Source of the DNA: a bacterium | GTDB lineage: Bacteria > UBA8248 | DNA length: 64,000 nt | Direction: 5' to 3' | Assembly: GCA_963692865.2 (NCBI GenBank) | Contig: OY843592.1 | Span: forward strand, 448,001 to 512,000 | In this document: piece after piece, positions 9,624 to 19,913 of the stretch | How the letters are laid out: each line of letters starts with the position of its first letter | Position numbering within the stretch: the stretch's first letter is position 1 | Program-made: the position numbers and the translations under genes | Notes under the pieces: model-generated | Database searches by the model: none | Told to the model about the DNA's origin: nothing | The model's input: only the letters and a program-made list of their open reading frames with translations

Positions 9624-10910
9624 ATGAACGCCTTGATACTCGTCTTGCTGTTCTTCTTCTTCCTCGCCTTCAGCACGCCGATAGCCTTTGCCCTGGTATT
9701 CACCTGCCTGTTCTACCTGACGTTCCTTTCTGAAATGCCCGTCACCTTCCTGGCGAGCATCATGATCGGCTCTTTGGAGCATTACTCGCTCATCGCCATT
9801 CCGCTGTTCATCTTCGCTGCCCAGCTCATGAACATATCGAGGGTAACAGACAGGATTTTCGACTTCGCCAAAGTGCTGGTGGGCCATTTAACCGGAAGCC
9901 TGGGGCACGCGAACATCGTCGCCAGCATCATCTTCGCGGGCATGTCCGGCTCCGCACTCGCCGACGCGGCCGGCCTGGGCCGCGTGGAAATCGAGGGGAT
10001 GACCAAGGAGGGTTACGACAAGCCCTTCTCCGCGGCCGTGACGGCCGCGAGTTCGTGCATCGGGCCCATCATCCCGCCCAGCATCATCATGGTCATCTAC
10101 GCGAGCATCGCCGAGGAATCGGCGGGGCGGGTCTTTCTGGGCGGTGTGATTCCCGGATTCTTCATGGGCGGGGCGATGATGGTGATCGTTTATTTCATCT
10201 CCCGCAAACGGGGATACAAGAAATATCCGCGCGCCTCCCTCATCGAGATTTGGAGGAGCTTCCGCTCCGCCTTCCTGGCGCTCTTGACGCCGGCGATTAT
10301 CCTGGGCGGCATCGGCTCGGGCGCCACGACGCCCACCGAGGCGGCCGTGCTGGCCGTGGCGTGGTCGCTATTTCTCGGGATGGTGGTCTACAAGGAGGTG
10401 CGGCCATCCGATCTGCCCCGCATCCTCTCCACGGTGATCATATATACGGCGGTGGTGCTGTTCATTTTTTCCGCCGCTTCGGTCTTCACGCGCCTCATCA
10501 CCATCGAGCGCATCCCCTTCATCTTCGCCCATTTCCTCATGACCGCTTTGCAGGAGAAATGGCTCATCCTATTCGTCCTCAACATATTCCTGCTCATCGG
10601 CGGCATGGTAATGGAACCCACACCATTGCTGCTCATCGTGACGCCGGTCATGCTGCCCATCGCGCAGGCGCTGGACATCGACCTCGTGCATCTGGGCGTG
10701 TTCATGGTGCTGAACCTCGTCATCGGGAACCTCACCCCGCCGTTCGCGCTCGCGCTATACGTGGTTTCCGACATCACGAAAGTGCCCTTCTGGACCATCG
10801 TGCGGGCCACTGCGCCTTTTTATATCCCGCTCATCGTTACCCTGTTCGCCATCGTCTATTACTCGCCGCTCGTCATGTGGCTGCCGAACCTGCTGCTGCC
10901 GGTCGAATAA
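9624..10910 (+). CDS. dctM: TRAP transporter large permease (DctM)
   Basis: LIAIPLF, GMSGSALAD, IIPPSI, TPTEAA, LTPP. Confidence 0.95.
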   Translation: MNALILVLLFFFFLAFSTPIAFALVFTCLFYLTFLSEMPVTFLASIMIGSLEHYSLIAIPLFIFAAQLMNISRVTDRIFDFAKVLVGHLTGSLGHANIVASIIFAGMSGSALADAAGLGRVEIEGMTKEGYDKPFSAAVTAASSCIGPIIPPSIIMVIYASIAEESAGRVFLGGVIPGFFMGGAMMVIVYFISRKRGYKKYPRASLIEIWRSFRSAFLALLTPAIILGGIGSGATTPTEAAVLAVAWSLFLGMVVYKEVRPSDLPRILSTVIIYTAVVLFIFSAASVFTRLITIERIPFIFAHFLMTALQEKWLILFVLNIFLLIGGMVMEPTPLLLIVTPVMLPIAQALDIDLVHLGVFMVLNLVIGNLTPPFALALYVVSDITKVPFWTIVRATAPFYIPLIVTLFAIVYYSPLVMWLPNLLLPVE

Positions 10911-10918
10911 CGCGATAC

Positions 10919-10960
10919 AAAAAACACCGCCGGCTCACCATATCCGGCGGTGTTTTGTTT
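10919..10960. terminator. Bidirectional intrinsic terminator between convergent dctM and dctP
   Basis: AAAACACCGCCGG...CCGGCGGTGTTTT inverted repeat with A and T tracts. Confidence 0.8.
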
Positions 10961-11008
10961 CTTCCTGCGCCGTGAGGCTTACCCGGCACACATCGAGAAA
11001 CTACTTCA

Positions 11009-11998
11009 TTAGAACTTCGCCCGCGTCGCTTTGACCTTTGCGAAGAAGTCCTTGCCCCACCCCTTCGTGCCGATGGTCTCCGCAGCCGAGGCGGTCTTCT
11101 TGGCGAATTCATCCACGTTGATGTTGTAGATATTCACGCCTTTTTTCTTGAACTTGTCCAGGTAGGCGTTCTCGAGGTCGGTGTAGATCTTCTGCGCGTG
11201 GGCGATTCCCTTGGCCAGCGCGTCGTCGAACCACTTGCGCTGCTGTTTGTTCAGACCCTTGTGCCACTTGTCGTTCACCATGAAGTACGACGTCGAGGAA
11301 AGATGCGAGGTGAGCGTCAGGTGCTTGCCCACTTCGTAGAACTTGTTGGTGTAGAGCGTCTCCAGGGTGTTCTCCATGGCGTCGACCGTACCCAGCAGCA
11401 TGGCGTTGTACACGTCCGCCCAGGACATCGGCGTGGGCTTCGAGCCCAATCCCCGGAAGGCCAGAACCCAGGGAGGAGCTTGGGGAACGCGGATTTTAAG
11501 CCCCTTGAAATCGGCGAGCGTCTTGAGCGGCTTCTTGCGCGATAGCACGTGCCGCGCGCCCCGGTTGATGACGCTGACCATGATGGTGCCGCGCTTTTTC
11601 AGAAAATCCTTGCGCCAGCGCTCGAACAACGGCCCGTTGGCGACGGTGCGCACGTGCTTGGTGCTCTTCCAGAAGTAGGGGAGGTTCAGGCTGTCATACG
11701 CCGGAAACTGCGTGAGCCCCTGGAAGGTCGCCTGAATCGCGCCCAACTGCACCGACTGCAGCTGGGTCTTGCCGTCGCCGACCTGGCCTTTCAGGAACAC
11801 CTGCACCTCCATGGCGCCCTTGCTCATTTTGTCGAGCATCTTTCCGAATTCGATGGCCCCGTAGTGGGTGGGGTTTTTGTTGCTGTACATGTGGCCGACC
11901 TTGATGACGACCTTCTTGGCTCCCAGGGCGGGCGCCGCTCCCTGGGCGAGGAGAAACGCTGCGGCAACGAAAACGACGGGAATGAGTCTTCTGGCCAT
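11009..11998 (-). CDS. dctP: TRAP transporter substrate-binding protein (DctP)
   Basis: Signal peptide, DFKGLKIRVP, PTPMSWADVYNAMLLGTVDAMEN; GGAGG RBS. Confidence 0.92.
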   Translation of the reverse strand: MARRLIPVVFVAAAFLLAQGAAPALGAKKVVIKVGHMYSNKNPTHYGAIEFGKMLDKMSKGAMEVQVFLKGQVGDGKTQLQSVQLGAIQATFQGLTQFPAYDSLNLPYFWKSTKHVRTVANGPLFERWRKDFLKKRGTIMVSVINRGARHVLSRKKPLKTLADFKGLKIRVPQAPPWVLAFRGLGSKPTPMSWADVYNAMLLGTVDAMENTLETLYTNKFYEVGKHLTLTSHLSSTSYFMVNDKWHKGLNKQQRKWFDDALAKGIAHAQKIYTDLENAYLDKFKKKGVNIYNINVDEFAKKTASAAETIGTKGWGKDFFAKVKATRAKF

Positions 11999-12193
11999 TG
12001 GCACTATCCTCCCTGAACAGGAATGGAAGATATCCCCCTTGCGGGGATACCGAAGAGCGCTACGCGTAGAAGCGTGCAAGACCAGTATGAAAAAATTTCG
12101 AATGGATGCGAAAATTCTACCCTTCTTTTCCCCTGCTTACAAGAAGGTATAATTCTTCATTACGGTGAAAAGCTGTCCCGGAGGAGAAAGCCC

Positions 12194-12871
12194 GTGAATG
12201 AAGAATGGAGCGAGCTTAAGGCAGCCCTCGAAAACTACCCGGACCTCGTCTGCGCGGAAGTGGACGGGCTGACGCACGAGCAGATGTGCTACGCGAACGA
12301 GGAGCCGCCTTGGGCGCGCTGGTCGATGGATCTACAAATCCGCCACATCGCCCTCATGACCCCGGTCTGGCTCTATCTCAGGGCGGGCGAGATGCTCGGC
12401 CGGGAGGGTTATTCGTTTCCCGATACCGCAAGTCTCATCGCCCAACTCATCGACTCAGGAATCCGCCACGTCCCGCCCGAAGCGGCAGGCGACCGCGCCG
12501 CCGTGGTCGAGTTCATGCGGCCCTGGGCCGGGCTTTGTTGCGAGATCATCGACAAAGAAAGCGACGAGAGGCTGCGCTCCTTATCGTTCACCTACTACAC
12601 GGACCCTGAAGCCTCCCGCCCGGGAGACCCCCACAAACCCGTCGAGTACCACAGAATGTCCATCCGCCTTCATCCTTCCGGCTTTACTGAAGACGCGGAG
12701 CGCCCCGGTCTTTTTCATCTGGAAATCGGCGCGGTCCTGCGCCACATCTACTGGAACGTGCTCGCGCATCTGCGAACCGTCCAGAGGCTGAAACTAAGAC
12801 AAGGCTTACCCTTGAAGGCGGAGTTGCCGCGCGAGGGCTACCTCACGCTGCCTGAGTTCTACGACCCCTGA
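12194..12871 (+). CDS. DinB/YfiT-like four-helix protein (putative)
   Basis: GLTHEQM...WSMDLQIRH and C-terminal RHIYWNVLAH pattern; GAGGAG RBS before GTG 12194. Confidence 0.55.
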   Translation: MNEEWSELKAALENYPDLVCAEVDGLTHEQMCYANEEPPWARWSMDLQIRHIALMTPVWLYLRAGEMLGREGYSFPDTASLIAQLIDSGIRHVPPEAAGDRAAVVEFMRPWAGLCCEIIDKESDERLRSLSFTYYTDPEASRPGDPHKPVEYHRMSIRLHPSGFTEDAERPGLFHLEIGAVLRHIYWNVLAHLRTVQRLKLRQGLPLKAELPREGYLTLPEFYDP

Positions 12872-13017
12872 TCGGACTTTCCACCGCACCTTGACGCGCA
12901 TCTCCAAGGCTTTGGGGTATAATGCGCCTTCGGGGGTCGTATACCCTCGGAACGCCGCCGCTTTCTTTTCAAAGGATGGTTAAATTGATGCGAAATCAAA
13001 ATCAAGCGCCCTTCTAC

Positions 13018-13476
13018 ATGCGCAAACGACGTTTATTCGCCGCCATCTGGATCGCCGCCTTTTGCCTTGCTCTTCCTTCTTCGGCTGCGGCCATCGCGCC
13101 CGTTTATTCCACTTATCTGGGAGGGGCCATCCGGGGATATGATCCGGTGGCCTATTTCACGGAGAAAAAACCCGTCCAGGGGAAAAGCGCCTTTTCGCAC
13201 AAGTGGAAAGGCGCCACCTGGTATTTCGCCAGCGGGAAAAACCGAGATTTGTTCCGCGCGGCTCCTGAAAAATACGCCCCCCGATACGGCGGCTATTGCG
13301 CATACGCGGTGAGCCAGGGCTACACCGCGAGCATCGTCCCCGAAGCGTGGAAGATCGTGGACGGCAAGCTCTACCTGAACTACAGCAAGAGCGTTCAGCG
13401 GACCTGGGAGCAGGACATCCCCGGCTACATCGCATCGGCGGACAAGAACTGGCCCAGGATCCTCAAGGGGAAATAG
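13018..13476 (+). CDS. Exported YHS-domain protein (Cys form of the YHS seleno/Cys family)
   Basis: Signal peptide, AIRGYDPVAYF, PEKYAPRYGGYCAYAV, WKIVDGKLYLN; start could be 12988. Confidence 0.88.
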   Translation: MRKRRLFAAIWIAAFCLALPSSAAAIAPVYSTYLGGAIRGYDPVAYFTEKKPVQGKSAFSHKWKGATWYFASGKNRDLFRAAPEKYAPRYGGYCAYAVSQGYTASIVPEAWKIVDGKLYLNYSKSVQRTWEQDIPGYIASADKNWPRILKGK

Positions 13477-13831
13477 CTCCCCGACGGGGCCGGGAGCCGG
13501 CGCAGGCTCCACCGGAGGGGTTAATTCACCCGCGAAAACGGATCATCTCGAACAGGCGGCGGCTCCCTAGTGCCCCAGGTCGCTCGGCTCTTTTCCCTCG
13601 ACCGCATCGAAAGCCCGCTTCGACGCCGTGAGCGAACTCGCCCGCGCCATCAACCGCAAGGAACTGGAAATGAACCCCTCGAACTACGAACTCCTGAAAT
13701 CGAGGCTGGGAATCGCAGGGTGAACGAAAAAACCGTCTCGACCGCTCTTGAAGACAAGCACGAAAGAGAGAATGCGAAACCGATCCGTACCGCACGGAGC
13801 CTGCGATGCCGCCGCGCGGCGATGAAGGGGA

Positions 13832-14515
13832 CTACGCGAGTTCGCGTCTCGGGTTTCTGCCTTCGACCATGAAGAGGACGGCTTCGGCGATGTTCGTCGC
13901 GTGATCGGCGATTCTCTCGAAGTATTTCGAAATGAACGTCAGGCGGGTCGCGCGGCTGATGTTGCGCGGGTTGTCCAGCATGTATGTCAGCAGTTCGCGG
14001 AACAACTCCTCGTTCATGTCGTCCACCTCGTCGTCGCTCGCCATGACCTTGCGCGCGAGCACCACGTCTTCCTTGATGAAGCTGTCGAGGCTCTCGCGCA
14101 GCATCTGGCTCGAAGCGCCGGCCATGCGCGGCAACTCGATATAGGGCTTCAGCGGAGGCTCCTCGTTCAGCTCCAGCGCCCGTTCGCACACGTTGACGGC
14201 CAGATCGCCCACCCGTTCGAGGTCGGAGGCGATTTTCACGCCTGTCGTGATGAAGCGCAGATCCACCGAAGTCGGTTGCCGGAGCGCCATCACCTGTAGG
14301 CAAAGCTCGTTTACGTCGACTTCGAGTTGGTTGACCTCCTGATCGCTTTCGATGACTGTCTGGGCGATATCGGAGTCACGCCGGGTGAGGCTTTCGATGC
14401 TTTTCGCCATCATCGCTTCCACCTTTGCGCCCAACTCCAGGATCAGGCGGCGTAGTTCCTGGAGTTCGTTTTCGAATTCCGAACTCGTGTGCGCTTTTCC
14501 GCTCGTTAGTGCCAT
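13832..14515 (-). CDS. phoU: Phosphate signalling protein PhoU
   Basis: QPTSVDLR, DLERVGD, ERIADHATNIAE. Confidence 0.95.
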   Translation of the reverse strand: MALTSGKAHTSSEFENELQELRRLILELGAKVEAMMAKSIESLTRRDSDIAQTVIESDQEVNQLEVDVNELCLQVMALRQPTSVDLRFITTGVKIASDLERVGDLAVNVCERALELNEEPPLKPYIELPRMAGASSQMLRESLDSFIKEDVVLARKVMASDDEVDDMNEELFRELLTYMLDNPRNISRATRLTFISKYFERIADHATNIAEAVLFMVEGRNPRRELA

Positions 14516-14533
14516 GCCAAATGTCCTCCTGCG

Positions 14534-15364
14534 TTAGCCGAATCGACCGGTGATGTAATCGGAGGTTCGGACGTGCATGGGGTTCATGAAAATCTTCTTC
14601 GTTTCCCCGTATTCGATCAATCGGCCCAGAAACATGAAAGCCGTGTTATCCGAGACGCGGGCGGCCTGCTGCATGTTGTGCGTCACGATGACGATGGAGA
14701 AATGCTCCTTGAGCTGTGCTATCAGATCCTCGATCCGGGCCGTGGCAATCGGGTCGAGCGCCGAGCAGGGCTCGTCCATCAGAATGATCTCCGGCTCCGA
14801 GGCGATCGCCCGGGCGATACACAGGCGCTGCTGCTGACCGCCCGAGAGGCTGAGCGCGTTGTCCTGGAGGCGATCGGAGACCTCGTCCCAGAGCGCGGCG
14901 TCGCGAAGGGTGCGCTCGCAGGTCTCCTCCAGGAGATTTCTGTCGCGGATTCCGTCCACCCGCAGGGGGTAGACCACGTTTTCGAATATGGACATCGGGA
15001 AGGGATTGGGCTTTTGGAACACCATGCCGAGGCGCTTGCGCAACTCGATGACCTCCACGCGCGGATCGTGGATGTCGGTTCCCTCAATCGCAATGGTCCC
15101 ATTGCGGCGAATGCCGTCGATCAGGTCGTTCATGCGGTTGAACGAACGGAGGAGCGTGGATTTCCCGCATCCCGAAGGGCCGATGAGGGCGGTGACGAGC
15201 TCTTTCTGTATTTTCAGGGTGTTGTTGAACAGGGCCTGCTTTTCGCCATACCAGAGGCTGAAGTTTTCGATGTCGATTACACCGCCGAATTCACTTTCGA
15301 CGGGGTGGTATGCCGTCGCTTCGAATTCGGCTTCCTGCTCGATCACTGCCGCGTTGGACACCAT
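14534..15364 (-). CDS. pstB: Phosphate ABC transporter ATPase
   Basis: [37 protein letters not shown]. Confidence 0.97.
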   Translation of the reverse strand: MVSNAAVIEQEAEFEATAYHPVESEFGGVIDIENFSLWYGEKQALFNNTLKIQKELVTALIGPSGCGKSTLLRSFNRMNDLIDGIRRNGTIAIEGTDIHDPRVEVIELRKRLGMVFQKPNPFPMSIFENVVYPLRVDGIRDRNLLEETCERTLRDAALWDEVSDRLQDNALSLSGGQQQRLCIARAIASEPEIILMDEPCSALDPIATARIEDLIAQLKEHFSIVIVTHNMQQAARVSDNTAFMFLGRLIEYGETKKIFMNPMHVRTSDYITGRFG

Positions 15365-15379
15365 TTTAATACGTCTCCA

Positions 15380-17194
15380 CTAAAATTGGCCTTCCACGAA
15401 CTTCCGTCGAAGGCGGTTTCGAACCATGATGGCGAAAGCGTTCATCAGTGCGATGATCGTAATCAGAAGAAGCGTCGTGACGAAAACCATCGGTTTTCCG
15501 GCCTCTGAGTTCCGCGACTGGAATCCCACGTCGTAGATGTGGAAGCCCAGGTGCATGAAGCTTCTCTCCGGGTGCAGGAACGGGAAGAAGGTGTCGAAGG
15601 GAAGCTCTGGCGCGAGCTTCACCACGCCCACGAGCATGAGCGGCGCCACTTCGCCCGCGCCGCGCGCCATCGCCAGGATGAGGCCCGTCATGATGCCCGG
15701 CATGGCCTGGGGCATGACGATATTGCGAATCGTCTGCCATTTCGAGGCGCCGCAGGCGAGAGAACCCTCCCGCATGGAGCGGGGAACGGCGGCGAGCGCC
15801 TCCTCGGTCGCCACGATCACCACCGGAACCGTGAGGAGCGCGAGCGTCAGGGACGCCCACAGTAGGCCGCCCGTGCCGAACGTCGGGTTGGGGAGTCTTT
15901 CGGGATAGAACAACTGGTCGATCCTCACCCCGATGGTGTAGGCGAAGAACCCGAGGCCGAATACGCCGTAGACGATGGAGGGCACGCCCGCGAGGTTGTT
16001 CACGCAGATGCGCACGATGGAGACCAGAGTCCCCTGCTTGGCGTATTCACGCAGATAAAGCGCCGTGACCACACCGAACGGGGCGACGAAGACGACCATG
16101 AGCAGCGTCATCATGACGGTGCCGAAAATCGCAGGCAAGACGCCGCCCTCGGTGTTCGCCTCGCGCGGGTCGTCGGTCAGGAACTCGCCCCACCGCGAGA
16201 AGTAGACGCCTATCTTGCCGAAGAACGAGAGGTTGTTCGCCGGGTAGATGCGGACAATTTCGGAAAGCCGCAGGTTCTTCTCACGGTCTCCGATCTCGCT
16301 GAGGGTGATCTTGTATTTCTCATCCTCTTTGTTGATAGCGGCGATTCTTTTCTTGAGCGCCGCGAATCCGGCCCGCCTCTCCTTCGTGCGGCGCTCGAAC
16401 TCCACCTTCTCGGCGCGATACTCGGCGCTCTTTTTACCGTAGTCCAGTTCGGTGCGCCGCAAGGCGAGCCTGTCTTCTTCGATGTAGTAGTTGATGGCGC
16501 CGATCTCGTCGACCTCGATCTCGCGGACCGCCTCCCTGCGCGCGACCGCCTTGTCGTGAGCCGCGTACAACTCGTCGAGAGATACCTTTTCGCCCGGTAT
16601 CCGGCGGCCATCGAGCGTCAAGGTTTTGATGAAGCCGATGAACGGCCCCCATTCCCTGCGCTCGACGAAGAATATGCCTGGCGGCGTCTCGGTCTTCGTG
16701 ACCTGATGCTCGACGGCCCACTTGAAGTCCTCGTTGTAGACGTCGAAATTTCCGATTCGGTAGAGCGTGCGATGCGCGAATCCATCCGCCTCCTGGATGG
16801 TGCGCCGGGACTCCGGATCAAGTCCTTTCATCTGCTCGGGGGAAGGGCGGAAACTCTCGGAGCGGAACGGCTCACCCGCGATGCGCTGGCCGTTTTTGAG
16901 CGTAACCACTTTCACCGGGCCGGGATAGAACGTCACGATGCCGTTCCAAAGTACGAGCGCGAGGAAACCGATGATCATCAATACGCCCAGAGCGAGCGCC
17001 CCGCCCATGACCCAGACGAAAGGCTCGCCCCTGGCCTTGAAGTCAATCGATGCGCGAAGACCCGTACGGCCGGGCGGGCCCGTCCCTGTCTCGGCGGTCT
17101 GCGCCGCTTCTTTGTGGTTGCCGGAGCCGCTTTCGGGGGCCGGTATTTCCGTTTCTTTCTTCTCGTCTTGCTGTTTCGGATCCTTCGCCTTCAT
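15380..17194 (-). CDS. pstA: Phosphate ABC transporter permease PstA (long form)
   Basis: REANTEGGVLPAIFGT, NNLAGVPSIVYG, ARGAGEVAPL. Confidence 0.95.
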   Translation of the reverse strand: MKAKDPKQQDEKKETEIPAPESGSGNHKEAAQTAETGTGPPGRTGLRASIDFKARGEPFVWVMGGALALGVLMIIGFLALVLWNGIVTFYPGPVKVVTLKNGQRIAGEPFRSESFRPSPEQMKGLDPESRRTIQEADGFAHRTLYRIGNFDVYNEDFKWAVEHQVTKTETPPGIFFVERREWGPFIGFIKTLTLDGRRIPGEKVSLDELYAAHDKAVARREAVREIEVDEIGAINYYIEEDRLALRRTELDYGKKSAEYRAEKVEFERRTKERRAGFAALKKRIAAINKEDEKYKITLSEIGDREKNLRLSEIVRIYPANNLSFFGKIGVYFSRWGEFLTDDPREANTEGGVLPAIFGTVMMTLLMVVFVAPFGVVTALYLREYAKQGTLVSIVRICVNNLAGVPSIVYGVFGLGFFAYTIGVRIDQLFYPERLPNPTFGTGGLLWASLTLALLTVPVVIVATEEALAAVPRSMREGSLACGASKWQTIRNIVMPQAMPGIMTGLILAMARGAGEVAPLMLVGVVKLAPELPFDTFFPFLHPERSFMHLGFHIYDVGFQSRNSEAGKPMVFVTTLLLITIIALMNAFAIMVRNRLRRKFVEGQF

Positions 17195-17201
17195 CGTGTC
17201 C

Positions 17202-19835
17202 TCACAACTGCGCGGCGCGCTTGCGGAAGCGCAGGCGAACCAACTCGGCGACCGTATTCACGATGAACGTCATCCCGAAAAGAACAAGGGCCGCCAGGAA
17301 GAGCACCCGGTAGAGCGTCCCGTCCTTGACGGCTTCCGGAAGCTCCACGGCGATGTTCGCCGAAAGCGCCCTGAGGCCCGAGAAAATGTTCCAGTCCAGA
17401 ACAGGGGTGTTACCCGCCGCCATGACGACGATCATGGTTTCGCCCACCGCGCGGCCCATACCGATCATCACGGCGGCGAATATTCCACTGGCGGCGGTGG
17501 GCATGATGACCCAAAGGGCCGTTTGCCAGGGTGTTGCGCCGCAGGCGAGACTCGCCGCCCTCAAGTGGCTCGGCACGGAGTTGAGCGCGTCTTCGGCGAT
17601 GGTGTAAATGAGCGGGATGACGGCGAAGCCCATTGCGAAGCCCACGACGAGTGAGTTGCGCTGGACGTATGTGTCGATGACCCCGCCGCGCGCATCGAGG
17701 CCGAGCGCGTTGAGCGCCAAAGCCGTCACCCAGCTGAGCAGCCCGGCGGCGACCAGCATGCCGCCCCAGCGGAGAAGCTCGAAGAGCGCGCCCTGTGAAT
17801 GAGGCATCTGCCTGAGAGTTAGTCTCCACGTATATCCGAAAAACCGCTCCGTCGCGAAAGCGATGACGATAAAGGACACGGGATAGAAAAGGATGAACAG
17901 CATCGGCGTCGCTATCCCGATGTTTCCGTTCGCCCAGGCCTTGAAGTCGCCGCCGAACAAAAGCCTCTCGAACGCCGGCCCGATGATATAGCCGAGCAGC
18001 GCGCCCAGGATGATCACGAAGAACACAATGCCGAGCTTGGGAAATCCCGCAAGGGGCAGTGAGACCCGGGGCGGCATGACCTGCCACAGATAAGCCCCCA
18101 GCAGAAGAAGTAGCGGGATCAGCATAAATGAGAGCAAAACGGCGGCTATCCATGTTTCTACAATGGGCGCCAGTATCAGGGCGGCCACGAAGCCGAGAAC
18201 GACCGAGGGCAGCGAGGCCATCATCTCCATCGCGGGCTTCACGACGGAGCGGACTTCCGGGCCGATGAACTCGGATGTGAAAATAGCGCCCAGCACCGCG
18301 ATGGGTATCGCGAAGATCAGGGAATAGACCGTTCCCTTGATGGTCCCGAATATCAGGGGGATGAGGGAAATCTTCTCCTCGAACGCGTCGTCTCCCGAGG
18401 AGGATTGCCACGTGTACTCGGGTTTGGGATAGCTTTCGTACCAGACCTTGCCGAACAGCGTCTGGAAGGTCGTCTCGGGGTGTTCGGCCGAGAATTTCCA
18501 GAAATTCACCACTCCCTTCCCGTCCGCGGCGACGATGGCGTCATCGCGCGGGGAAAGGCGTATGAAGCGCGCGGAACCCGTCATGTCCTTCATATTGAAG
18601 CGCAACAGCGTCGATTCGCTCGTCGCATGACGAAGCCAGATGTCTCCCCCCGCATCCATCGTGGCGAACATCCGGCTCCGCTGTGAGGTGGAAAAGCCCG
18701 AAACCGCGGCGGCGTGTTTCTGCAAGTCATGCCCGCGCACCATCACCAGCCCGTCTTTGGTGGCGGCGCCCGGCCTGCGCGCCTGGAAAAAGATGCTCAA
18801 CGTCCCCTTGGAGCCTCCCACGACGATCGATTCCTCGCCGATGAGGGCCTTGAACACCGTCAGTTTTTCATCCACCGGCAGCAGGTCGTGCTTCTCCACC
18901 AGGGAGATGGCCTCGAAGTCCCTGGTGTCGTAGCGAAGCATGAAGCCTTTCTCGACGCCGATGTACACCTTGTCGGCCTTTTCCGTGAGGAGTATGTCGA
19001 CGATGCGCGTACCGGGCGGCAAATCGGGCAGAACCACGCTCTCTACGGACGAGGTGGTCTGCCCCGTCAGGAGATTCACCCTGGTCTGCGTGAGGCTCAG
19101 CCGCGCCACGCCTTTTTCGTCCACCGTGGCGAAGGAGATGCTCGGGCGTTCGGGGGTTCCTCCTACCTTGTAGTCGAGCTTCACGATGGGCGTCCCTTCG
19201 GGCGCTACCTGCTGCGGCTCCTTGAGTTCGGCCTCCACCCAGATTTTGCGCACCTGGTCACCGGGAATTTTCGAGAAAACGACCTTCCCGTCGGTCAAGT
19301 CGCGCTCGTCGATCTTCGTGAGTCCCCCGGGCGCCCTTTCGGCGGGCAGCACCTGCGTGCGGAAGACGATCTTGCCGAACCGCACCGTCCCGTCGGGGAA
19401 GCCGAAGGCGACGTTTCCGCCCTTGAGCGTGCGTCCGAAGGCGCTCGCCTTCGCGCCCGCGAAGTCGAGCTTCAAGGGCGCGAGCGATTTACCGGTCGAA
19501 GCGTGGACCGGCGTCAACACGCCGTCTTCCGAAACCAGTACGGCGATGGTGTTGTAGTCATCCACCTCGACGCTGAGGAGAGAACTCCTGGGCGCGGCGA
19601 CCCGGAAGACGCCCGAGCCGGTAATCGTTTCTCCGGCGAACAGCGGCAAGGCCACCGCGACGAGAAACGCCATGATTCCGAGAACGGCCAGAATCACGAA
19701 AAGCCCGCCGATGGTGATCACGTTGGTGGCGATCTTGTCGATGATGCGGACGGATTGCCTGGCGCTCAGGTCGCGCGTCCGGCCCGGCCTGTTCGGTTCG
19801 TTATTCTTTTCGTCTGAAACCCGGCTTTCGCTCAT
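17202..19835 (-). CDS. pstC: Phosphate ABC transporter permease PstC (long form with large periplasmic beta-rich domain)
   Basis: WQSSSG, ASLPSVVLG, GRAVGETMIV, LPEA; position in the pst operon. Confidence 0.92.
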   Translation of the reverse strand: MSESRVSDEKNNEPNRPGRTRDLSARQSVRIIDKIATNVITIGGLFVILAVLGIMAFLVAVALPLFAGETITGSGVFRVAAPRSSLLSVEVDDYNTIAVLVSEDGVLTPVHASTGKSLAPLKLDFAGAKASAFGRTLKGGNVAFGFPDGTVRFGKIVFRTQVLPAERAPGGLTKIDERDLTDGKVVFSKIPGDQVRKIWVEAELKEPQQVAPEGTPIVKLDYKVGGTPERPSISFATVDEKGVARLSLTQTRVNLLTGQTTSSVESVVLPDLPPGTRIVDILLTEKADKVYIGVEKGFMLRYDTRDFEAISLVEKHDLLPVDEKLTVFKALIGEESIVVGGSKGTLSIFFQARRPGAATKDGLVMVRGHDLQKHAAAVSGFSTSQRSRMFATMDAGGDIWLRHATSESTLLRFNMKDMTGSARFIRLSPRDDAIVAADGKGVVNFWKFSAEHPETTFQTLFGKVWYESYPKPEYTWQSSSGDDAFEEKISLIPLIFGTIKGTVYSLIFAIPIAVLGAIFTSEFIGPEVRSVVKPAMEMMASLPSVVLGFVAALILAPIVETWIAAVLLSFMLIPLLLLLGAYLWQVMPPRVSLPLAGFPKLGIVFFVIILGALLGYIIGPAFERLLFGGDFKAWANGNIGIATPMLFILFYPVSFIVIAFATERFFGYTWRLTLRQMPHSQGALFELLRWGGMLVAAGLLSWVTALALNALGLDARGGVIDTYVQRNSLVVGFAMGFAVIPLIYTIAEDALNSVPSHLRAASLACGATPWQTALWVIMPTAASGIFAAVMIGMGRAVGETMIVVMAAGNTPVLDWNIFSGLRALSANIAVELPEAVKDGTLYRVLFLAALVLFGMTFIVNTVAELVRLRFRKRAAQL

Positions 19836-19913
19836 ATCTCTCGTCTTCAAAAAGGAAAGCGGGGGGACGGCGAACCCGCTCCGCCGTCCCCGCCGCTGCG
19901 CTGCACCGGAAAA

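Noticed and set aside
13018-13476. YHS protein as a third selenoprotein
   Set aside because: The GGYC position is encoded by TGC; there is no in-frame TGA.
15380-19835. Unusually long PstA and PstC
   Set aside because: Long forms with large periplasmic domains are an established Pst subtype, so not novel.
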